Shown piece after piece: positions 56,525-64,000 of a stretch of DNA of 64,000 bases (position 1 is the first letter of the stretch; each line of letters begins with the position of its first letter). The DNA is from a virus, in the IMG/VR virus record IMGVR_UViG_3300023184_000082, positions 15,892-79,891 of that record; one strand, written 5' to 3'. A model generated the notes under the pieces. It ran no database searches. It saw only the letters and a list, made by a program, of their open reading frames with translations, and was not told the origin of the DNA. The translations under genes were made by a program, and so were the position numbers.

Positions 56525-59500
56525 ATGCCAGAGATTTCGGTTGTCGCAAAAAACAGATCGTCATTCAATGGAATAGACATCACTCCGGATACGACGGAGT
56601 CCACAGGATTGAAGATCAATACGTGGGCTCCGCCTGCGGGTGCTTCGTACGGATTGTCTATTTCGCCGTTGACCGGAACTGATGCCAGGTCCTTGTATCT
56701 AGGCAATAGCATCGATATCAAGAATGGAACGGGAACAATAACGTTAAGTGTGCCTCCCTCTACATCTGCCGGATATGTCGCCAATTCCGTACACACCGTT
56801 TACCTTCCCACAACAAGCGGTACACTGATCACTTCAACTCAAGCTGCAGCCTTGGTTAGCGCTGGTGGTGGTACGACAGCCACGAATCTTCTCCCCACGG
56901 ATAACCTCTGGACAAATAAGAACACGTTTAAAAGAACAGCTGCGGGATCAACAACGATAACTAGCGCAACATATAATACTCTGCAAAATACGTATGCACT
57001 AAACATGGAAATGGGAAATGATGCTACGGATTCAGCCGGTTTCACATTATCTGGAGCAAGTAATACGTATTATGTGGCCACAGCACAAATGCGACCAATG
57101 CCGCTCTCGCTTGGTGTTGCATCCGTCACTGTGACTGAAGCATCCACACTGCACATCACGGGAACCCCATCTAAAAGTGGAACAACAGGAACCGCAGTAA
57201 ACGCCTACGGACTCAAAATCAGCGACAGCAATAACGTAAACGCGCCTTCGGCGGGTGTTGCCCCAACGCTCTCGGGATTTACAAATGGCTATGGGTTATA
57301 CGTTACCCAGCCGATTGAAGCAATACAAAACTACGCGCTAGCTCTTGCTGCAGATAATAGTGGAACAAACTTTATTGCAAGATTCTATACGGACAAGAGC
57401 GTCGCCTCATTGCAATATCCAGATAGAGTTGTCGCAGAATTTGGAGGGACAGGTCTTCCAACTACACTATTCTCCTTCTTGGGAACAACGGCGAATTTTT
57501 CCATTGCGGCAGGGGGGACAGCGAATCTTTTCGCTGGAACAGGAAACAAGACGATCAACATAGGCACGGGGGCAATTGGAACAACTTCGACGAACATTCT
57601 GATTGGGTCATCAACTGGATTTGCGGGAACCACAGGTATCTATGGGGGAACAGAGGTTACCCTTAGCCCTGTGATCACCACTGCAAACACAAACACATAT
57701 ATAGCGACTAATGCAACCTATGCACCGTTTACAAAGACAATCAACATAGGCACCGGCGGTGCTGCTGGAAGCACTACAAATATACAATTTGGGTCACAAG
57801 TTCTTGGATCCGCGTCAAATTTTAGTTTTGGAACAGCTTCGGCGACGCGTTACGTATCAGGCGCAAACACGACAGCAAAAGGTGTATTTGCTTTTGGAAC
57901 ATCATCTTTTGGAACAGGCGCAGGAAGCGCTCAGTACTCACTCTACAATCTTGCTGGAGCATCAAATCATCCGTGGAAAGGTGTCAAACAAAAGGTTACC
58001 GTCAGTTCCGGAGGAACATTATTAACTTTTTGGCCTGCAAGAACCGCCCTGATTACTAACTTCTCCGGAGTAGACACAGATTATGCATATAGCATGACCA
58101 ATACTTCTGAGGCCACACAAACGGTAGTGCTCGGTGACGTTACCTCTTCAATTTATGTCGGGCAAAATACTTCTTGCGCAATGACAATTTCGGTCGTGGC
58201 AAATGCCTCATCCCGAGGAGCTTGGTGGGAGCCGATTTCTTGGACAGATATTACAACTACTGATGTTACAATGCGCGGATCCGCGCTTTTATATCCAACC
58301 TTCAAGTTGAGCAACACCCCTGGTTTCATTCAATTGCAATCCGCCGCTTTGGGATCTGCTGGAGTCATGTGGCACCACGGAACGGAAATTCTCTCATCTC
58401 AGTGGACGCCTGCAATACCATACCCAGCGGATACAGCATACACAGGAACCCCCACTCTATATCCGGGATTAGGGATAAAAACCAAGACAATCTCCGGAGC
58501 AAAGGAATTTACAGTCACCGGATCAGCTAGTAATGGTTCAAATGCGCTAACAATTTCGGCACCAAACACGAACATAGCCGGTGGTCAGTTTGTAGGTCAT
58601 GCAAGCATTCCTGTCGGAACAACAGTGGCTAGTGTATCTGGGACATTGGTGACACTTAGTGCAAACACTACCGCCGCAATATCTTCTGGGAGCATCATAT
58701 ATTTTGGATCTGATAACAGATATAGCAAAGAAAATACGATAATTGCTCCATTTGAATCCTCACAGTTTTCGACACGAGATGCAGCCTCTCCATCTTATAT
58801 AATCAAGGATAATACGGTCGTGAGAATTCCCATGTGGCCTGGAACTGTGTATCGAATCCGCAAAGACGGAGGAGGAACAGAGAGCGGAGTTGTAGCAGGG
58901 GCTGTCTCACCTCAAGGCACTACGAGCGTATATAATTCAAATTACGATGCTTACGCAAGATATCATTCTGGATTCACAACAAGTGATGCAAGCTACTTTG
59001 GGCATGCTGCTGGTCAATGGGTGTACAAGGGAAACGTATCCACATCATCAACTTTTGGCATGTCTCAGTTCACACAAGAATCATTCAATGGAAACATGAG
59101 AGAAGGGAGCACCATTGTCATTTCAAATAGTACGCCATCAACAACAACCGCAGGTTTGGTGGCAATAACCATCCAGAATAGGCAGCCCCAAAAAGTGTCG
59201 GCTTTTTTGGGCACTGGAATTATTTCGCGCGGCTCTGGCATTAACGATATATATAAAGTTGAAGTTAAGACTACTTTGACGGATGCCATACGCATGGAAG
59301 TTCCCTCTTCACTACCAGTCCCATCAAGTTTGCCAGTAACATACGGTTCTGGTGATCCCTTGCCTAGTTATGTTAACGCTTCTTCAGCCAATGTGCTGGA
59401 TGGCACTGCGGTTGCTTCTGGAAATACTTTTACTGTCACGATTTCCTCCCTATCCATTAGAAAGTTTGGAACACCAGCTGCCACAAAATCAAGGATTGTG

Positions 59501-59911
59501 GCAAAAATATCCAGAATAGCAGCTGCTGTGGGCGCATCAGTTTCCGATGTTCATACTATTAAACTCACAATAAACAATGTTGTCGGTCTGCTCACATTTT
59601 CCATGCCTGCGTTCAACTGGCTTGCCCCTGGTCAAATTCTAGAGGCTGACAACTTGCCTGACGGAGTATTGGTAAGTGGTGATTTTTCGGCATTTTTGAT
59701 TTCAGGTCTTCCAGTACAAAACTCCCAAAGTTCTTATCCATATTTTCCTACTCAATTTGCGCTTGATACGGTCGATCCTTTTTGGGGCGTTGTGGGAAAT
59801 ACAGCATCAGCAAATGCCTTAGGGACAATCCCACAGCCGATTGAGTTTGCTGCCTACAATGTTGCGGCAGTCAAATACAGTGCAATCGCGCATGTAACCG
59901 AAATGAGATGA
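56525..59911 (+). CDS. tail fibre-like protein (1128 aa)
   Basis: N-terminal domain paralogous to neighbours (GLKINTW), TINIGTG repeats, RBS AGGAG. Confidence 0.75.
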   Translation: MPEISVVAKNRSSFNGIDITPDTTESTGLKINTWAPPAGASYGLSISPLTGTDARSLYLGNSIDIKNGTGTITLSVPPSTSAGYVANSVHTVYLPTTSGTLITSTQAAALVSAGGGTTATNLLPTDNLWTNKNTFKRTAAGSTTITSATYNTLQNTYALNMEMGNDATDSAGFTLSGASNTYYVATAQMRPMPLSLGVASVTVTEASTLHITGTPSKSGTTGTAVNAYGLKISDSNNVNAPSAGVAPTLSGFTNGYGLYVTQPIEAIQNYALALAADNSGTNFIARFYTDKSVASLQYPDRVVAEFGGTGLPTTLFSFLGTTANFSIAAGGTANLFAGTGNKTINIGTGAIGTTSTNILIGSSTGFAGTTGIYGGTEVTLSPVITTANTNTYIATNATYAPFTKTINIGTGGAAGSTTNIQFGSQVLGSASNFSFGTASATRYVSGANTTAKGVFAFGTSSFGTGAGSAQYSLYNLAGASNHPWKGVKQKVTVSSGGTLLTFWPARTALITNFSGVDTDYAYSMTNTSEATQTVVLGDVTSSIYVGQNTSCAMTISVVANASSRGAWWEPISWTDITTTDVTMRGSALLYPTFKLSNTPGFIQLQSAALGSAGVMWHHGTEILSSQWTPAIPYPADTAYTGTPTLYPGLGIKTKTISGAKEFTVTGSASNGSNALTISAPNTNIAGGQFVGHASIPVGTTVASVSGTLVTLSANTTAAISSGSIIYFGSDNRYSKENTIIAPFESSQFSTRDAASPSYIIKDNTVVRIPMWPGTVYRIRKDGGGTESGVVAGAVSPQGTTSVYNSNYDAYARYHSGFTTSDASYFGHAAGQWVYKGNVSTSSTFGMSQFTQESFNGNMREGSTIVISNSTPSTTTAGLVAITIQNRQPQKVSAFLGTGIISRGSGINDIYKVEVKTTLTDAIRMEVPSSLPVPSSLPVTYGSGDPLPSYVNASSANVLDGTAVASGNTFTVTISSLSIRKFGTPAATKSRIVAKISRIAAAVGASVSDVHTIKLTINNVVGLLTFSMPAFNWLAPGQILEADNLPDGVLVSGDFSAFLISGLPVQNSQSSYPYFPTQFALDTVDPFWGVVGNTASANALGTIPQPIEFAAYNVAAVKYSAIAHVTEMR

Positions 59912-61377
59912 TGTCATGAGTGTCTCGATTGTTTCTCGCCCAATTACATCCCTGCGCGGAACAGATGTTACCGCTACTGATCTGGATCCATCAGCACTTG
60001 TAATCAATGACTGGAGCTACTCAGGAGCGAAATACGGAGTTTCGATTTCTTCCAGCACCGTAAAATCCCTATACATTGACAATCCCATCGATTTCAAAAA
60101 CGGAACTGGAAAAATAACACTCAATCGAACTGCATCCGCCGCCGGTGACTTGCAATTTTACTGGCCAACAGTAGGTGGAACACTTGCTCTAGACACAGAT
60201 GTTACCTCTGCAATTGCTGCGTCGGGAGGAGGCTCAACCTTTGGCCTTAATACCCTTAACGTGTTTACACCTGGAGCTCCCGGTTTCAGAAATGTTTTCA
60301 GAAGAACAGCAGTTCCCGTAAGTCTAACCAGCAACTCAAACAACGCAGTATCATCTACGTATGCAACAAACGTAGATATCGGGAATGCCTACACCGCTGG
60401 CTCGACTTCAATAACACTATCCGGAGATGCTGCCTATTATTATGTAGCAGCAGTGCAAATATTGCCACCTACATTAACCATAACAGTTGGAACCGGAGCA
60501 ACATTCACTATTGCGACGGGTACTAACGGAGTGATCACGAGTGCCACCGCCCAAGCAGCAGGATCAGGCTATGCGGTGAATGATCTGCTGTCCGTTATCC
60601 CACCCAGTGGAGTTGGTGGAACCCTTGGAGTGTTAAAAGTTACTGCTACTGTATCTGCTTCGACAGTAAATGGCCGCGGCCCAGTAAGCGCAGTTACTGT
60701 CGCTACTGCCGGAAGTGGCTATGTCACAAGCAACAACAACGTTGTAACGACAGAGTCGAAAATGGCAAGCACCATTGCTGAAGCTTCTACGTTCCACTTT
60801 AACAACAGGTTTGTAAATTCCCTTGTATCGACAAAATCTACCATTCCATATAAAATAAGCACCACGGGAACTGCAACAAACGCGTATGTTCTCAAGATTA
60901 GCCAAAATTCCGCAGCAGGATTTACCAATGCATATGGCGCATATGTTACCCAACCGTCGGGAGCAATAAACAACTATGCCTTGACGCTTGATCTACTTGC
61001 GTTGGTATATGTACAGGGCAATAGTATTGCGTCAGGCAATGGCGCATGGAATTATAAGTCGCAAATTGGGTTAAACATTTACAGTAAAGTTTTTACTCCT
61101 AATACTACTGCTTCCGCAGTCATTGAATTTCCTGAGTATCTCTATGCAGAAACCATGCTCAATAAAATAGCTCCGGTCAATTTGACCTTTAAAGACTCAG
61201 TTTCCTTTGTGGGGACAGAAAACTCCACAGCGAATCTTTTCACTGGAACATTATCCAAAACTATCAACATAGGCACGGGAGCAACTGGAGCGGCTTCGAC
61301 GAACATTCTGATTGGGTCGTCAACTGGCTTTGCGGGAACCACAGGCATCTATGGGGGAACAGAGGTTACGCTTAGCC
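57518..61377 (+). repeat. dispersed ~150-bp repeat shared by two fibre genes (57518-57668 and 61227-61377)
   Basis: ACAGCGAATCTTTTC...CTTCGACGAACATTCTGATTGGGTC...TATGGGGGAACAGAGGTTAC-CTTAGCC occurs in both genes. Confidence 0.9.
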
Positions 61378-62909
61378 TTTCTCGCCTCAATAGTAACACG
61401 ACGACAAATATTGCAATCCAGCAAACCTCGGCAGATTTCACAAAAACAATTGCAATAGGTTCTGGCGGATTAGCGGGAAGTGTTACGAATATAATTTTTG
61501 GCACTAATATGGAAACCGAATCGACGCACCCTACTGAAACTTTCCTATTTGGAACTTCATCAACAAACGATAGACAAGGAAAACTTTCCTTTTCATCCAC
61601 CAATTTTGGCACAACGGGATCAAGTCAATTCAGCATATATGTTCTGAGCGCCATACAGACCACTTTGGTTACCGATGCAGGAACACTTGGAAATACGATA
61701 CTTACCTCTGACGAAGGAGCTCCTAGCACAAAGAATCAAGTGTATATTCCAAGCAATTCGGTTTGTTCTTTTGAAGTAACAGCAATAGTAAGTGCTTTGG
61801 ATGGAGCCACTTTTAGAACAGCCCTTGCTGCAATTCTTGGAACCGCCAACAAGGTAGCTGCGCTCAATAACATTGGGACGATGTCCAATATTACATGGGG
61901 AACTATCAAGAAATCAGATGCAGCCTCGACATCGCCGAGTTTTGCATCTGATTATTTTAGCGCAAGTGCGTTTGTAGAAATTGCAGGAATTGCTTCTTGC
62001 GACAGTGACGGAAAAGTAACTATTCAAAAAATTACCAAGCAGTCGTGCAGTCGTGCATACTTATCGCTACTTGCCTCAACGACATCATTATCTCTTTCAA
62101 CAAGGACGAAAAACACGATTCAAATTGCAGGAAATGGAATTGGGGTTGGTTTTATTCCGGGTTCCTCTAACAGCTCTGCGTTTTCAGCATACGCGGGAAA
62201 GTACGACACAAACGGAGTCATAGTATCCGAAGGGTCTACTCAACACAACAGTTGGGCGGGATCGAATTCCTTCGAAAGGTCGACAGATGGTTCAGACACT
62301 GGATTATTGACCATTGGAGGCGCTCCATGGGTAAAGACTACTACAGGGCTTAATGCTTTTTTTGGGAAACACACGTATGCCTATGAAGATCCACTAAATC
62401 GTGATTGGGAAAGCGGATGGTCCAAGGAAATATCTACGTTGCAGCCAGCAGATTACGGCAAAACAAGTGGAATTACAACCGCAAACACCTACCCAACGGG
62501 ATTAGTTTTGGCTCTCTCTAGTACGCAAGGTTTTGGCACCGGATTGTTTCATGGCGCATATGGAGGCACCTCCAACGCAAAAACCGCGAGTCTTACAGTA
62601 AATTCATCTAATGAAACTTCTTTGAATTACGCGAACAAGTATACCGTGGGTCCTGAATCAGATCAAGTAGAAATGACGCACATTCCTTATGGATCAGGAA
62701 CGCTTGTGCGTTGTCCACAGTACGGTCTTGGTCTTGGGACTATTGTTCTTTATCAGAAAACGCTTGCTGCCGGTGAAGTTGCTGGAGGGAAGGGAAGATA
62801 TGTCATCTACCCAAAGCCATCAAGAGATTTATTTAATATAAAAATGTTTGCGTTTACTGTGCCCCATATGAAATGGACGGCAGTGGTCAAAGTCACGGAA
62901 TGCAACTGA
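59916..62909 (+). CDS. tail fibre-like protein (997 aa)
   Basis: Paralog of the 56525 protein (shared N-terminus and TNILIGSSTGFAGTTGIYGGTEVTLS block). Ends MKWTAVVKVTECN. Confidence 0.75.
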   Translation: MSVSIVSRPITSLRGTDVTATDLDPSALVINDWSYSGAKYGVSISSSTVKSLYIDNPIDFKNGTGKITLNRTASAAGDLQFYWPTVGGTLALDTDVTSAIAASGGGSTFGLNTLNVFTPGAPGFRNVFRRTAVPVSLTSNSNNAVSSTYATNVDIGNAYTAGSTSITLSGDAAYYYVAAVQILPPTLTITVGTGATFTIATGTNGVITSATAQAAGSGYAVNDLLSVIPPSGVGGTLGVLKVTATVSASTVNGRGPVSAVTVATAGSGYVTSNNNVVTTESKMASTIAEASTFHFNNRFVNSLVSTKSTIPYKISTTGTATNAYVLKISQNSAAGFTNAYGAYVTQPSGAINNYALTLDLLALVYVQGNSIASGNGAWNYKSQIGLNIYSKVFTPNTTASAVIEFPEYLYAETMLNKIAPVNLTFKDSVSFVGTENSTANLFTGTLSKTINIGTGATGAASTNILIGSSTGFAGTTGIYGGTEVTLSLSRLNSNTTTNIAIQQTSADFTKTIAIGSGGLAGSVTNIIFGTNMETESTHPTETFLFGTSSTNDRQGKLSFSSTNFGTTGSSQFSIYVLSAIQTTLVTDAGTLGNTILTSDEGAPSTKNQVYIPSNSVCSFEVTAIVSALDGATFRTALAAILGTANKVAALNNIGTMSNITWGTIKKSDAASTSPSFASDYFSASAFVEIAGIASCDSDGKVTIQKITKQSCSRAYLSLLASTTSLSLSTRTKNTIQIAGNGIGVGFIPGSSNSSAFSAYAGKYDTNGVIVSEGSTQHNSWAGSNSFERSTDGSDTGLLTIGGAPWVKTTTGLNAFFGKHTYAYEDPLNRDWESGWSKEISTLQPADYGKTSGITTANTYPTGLVLALSSTQGFGTGLFHGAYGGTSNAKTASLTVNSSNETSLNYANKYTVGPESDQVEMTHIPYGSGTLVRCPQYGLGLGTIVLYQKTLAAGEVAGGKGRYVIYPKPSRDLFNIKMFAFTVPHMKWTAVVKVTECN

Positions 62910-62939
62910 TTTTGATACAATACGATAGGAGATATTGCC

Positions 62940-63995
62940 GTGCCAGATGATTTTGAATTTCAAGCAGTAAATGGACAATCACAGCAGGCAACAATCATCC
63001 AGCCATCGCCGGATGATGCCATTGGCATAACCATCAAGACATGGCAAAGCCTGAATACAGGATCTGCTTCCGCGGCTATCCTTGCTACTCCAGCCACTGG
63101 CGGTACCGAAAACTATGGACTTCTCACGCCAAATATCGGACTGAACTCGCTCACGAATTCAGGAATACTCAAGCTTATCCCAAGTGACACTGCCACGGAT
63201 TTTACCTTGACCTTTCCGGCAATCACTGATTCCTTGCTTGCAAATACGAACACGGCAACACTTACAAACAAGACAATAAGCGCGACAAATAACACCATCT
63301 CTTCGCTGACCAATACGAACTTGAGCGGAACAGCGGGAATAACCAACGCCAATCTTGCCAACTCGACAATATCGGGAGTAGCTCTTGGAAGCAGCCTGTA
63401 TGGACTTTCCGCAACAAGTGGGTTGTCAGGCACAACCTATGACGGATCTGCAACATCCAGCTTTTCGCTGAACATGGGGAATGCAAACTCGTGGACAGCA
63501 GACCAGTCGTTTGTCAATGTCAATATCTCTGGAACATTGACAACAACCGGCACGACTGTCTACATCAATTCGACAGTTACCACCATCAAGGATCCAGTGA
63601 TCACCCTTGGCGGATTGGATGGTGGTGGAGCACTTGTTGCAAATGACAGCAAAGATAGGGGTATAGAATTCCAGTGGTATGATTCTGCGGCCAAAAAAGG
63701 ATTTTTCGGATTCCGACGCAGTAATCAACGGCTGGCATTCATCCCAGACGGAACCAATACGTCCGAAGTGTATGCAGGAACACTTGGAGATATCGAAGCA
63801 ACTACGTTCTATGGGGCGCTTTCCGGAAACGCAACCAGTGCCACAACGGCAGCAGGACTGTCGTCCACGCTAGCCATCGCAAGTGGCGGGACAAACGCCA
63901 CCACGGCGTCTGCTGCCCGGATCAGCTTGGGGCTTGCCATCGGATCGGACGTGCAGGCTTGGGATGGCGACCTCGATGCCATCGCCGCACTGTAG
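62940..63995 (+). CDS. tail fibre-like protein
   Basis: GTG start after AGGAG. Shared N-terminal domain, TLTNKTI, ITNANLANS, DRGIEFQW, LAIASGGT, VQAWDGDLDAIA fibre motifs. Confidence 0.75.
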   Translation: MPDDFEFQAVNGQSQQATIIQPSPDDAIGITIKTWQSLNTGSASAAILATPATGGTENYGLLTPNIGLNSLTNSGILKLIPSDTATDFTLTFPAITDSLLANTNTATLTNKTISATNNTISSLTNTNLSGTAGITNANLANSTISGVALGSSLYGLSATSGLSGTTYDGSATSSFSLNMGNANSWTADQSFVNVNISGTLTTTGTTVYINSTVTTIKDPVITLGGLDGGGALVANDSKDRGIEFQWYDSAAKKGFFGFRRSNQRLAFIPDGTNTSEVYAGTLGDIEATTFYGALSGNATSATTAAGLSSTLAIASGGTNATTASAARISLGLAIGSDVQAWDGDLDAIAAL

Positions 63996-64000
63996 CGAAC

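Noticed and set aside
57518-61377. Diversity-generating retroelement TR/VR pair
   Set aside because: Differences in the best-conserved part are synonymous third-position changes and not adenine-specific. Both copies are mid-gene, and no reverse transcriptase is seen in the window.
63993-63995. TAG stop-codon reassignment (last fibre gene stops abruptly after DLDAIAAL)
   Set aside because: TAG cleanly ends several genes that are followed by RBS/start of the next gene (14642, 26061, 28532, 33851, 49948, 50613, 56515), and long ORFs are unfragmented under the standard code. This stop is too close to the window edge to judge.
1-64000. tRNA, rRNA, introns, inteins or IS elements
   Set aside because: None were recognised. 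Intergenic gaps are short, and the large inserts lack intein C/S...HN termini or homing-endonuclease motifs. This was not verified with tRNAscan or Rfam.

Overview
The window is part of a large tailed-phage genome with a contractile tail. Almost all genes lie on the + strand and are tightly packed. Positions ~24.6-64 kb form a virion module with SPO1/Twort (Herelleviridae)-like relatives: two neck proteins, prohead protease, scaffold, major capsid protein, tail completion protein, enlarged sheath, two paralogous tail tubes, a probable +1-frameshifted tail chaperone, tape measure protein with a lysozyme-like domain, hub with a CHAP/NlpC insert, spike fused to fibre, and a paralogous array of fibre proteins. 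Portal, terminase and baseplate-wedge genes were not recognised. Positions 1-24.6 kb hold very large, mostly unannotatable proteins. A 4272-aa protein has a central DprA-type SLOG, NADAR and YspA-type SLOG cassette, and a 1316-aa protein has an intact-looking HD phosphohydrolase plus a degenerate PARP-like domain. These giants carry hydrophobic-x-K-S/A motifs like those in the protease, scaffold and capsid protein. The main candidate novel system (inference) is a capsid-packaged, injected NAD+/ADP-ribose counter-defence toolkit. A second theme is repeated insertion of large passenger domains into conserved structural proteins. All domain calls come from motif recognition by eye, with no searches run.
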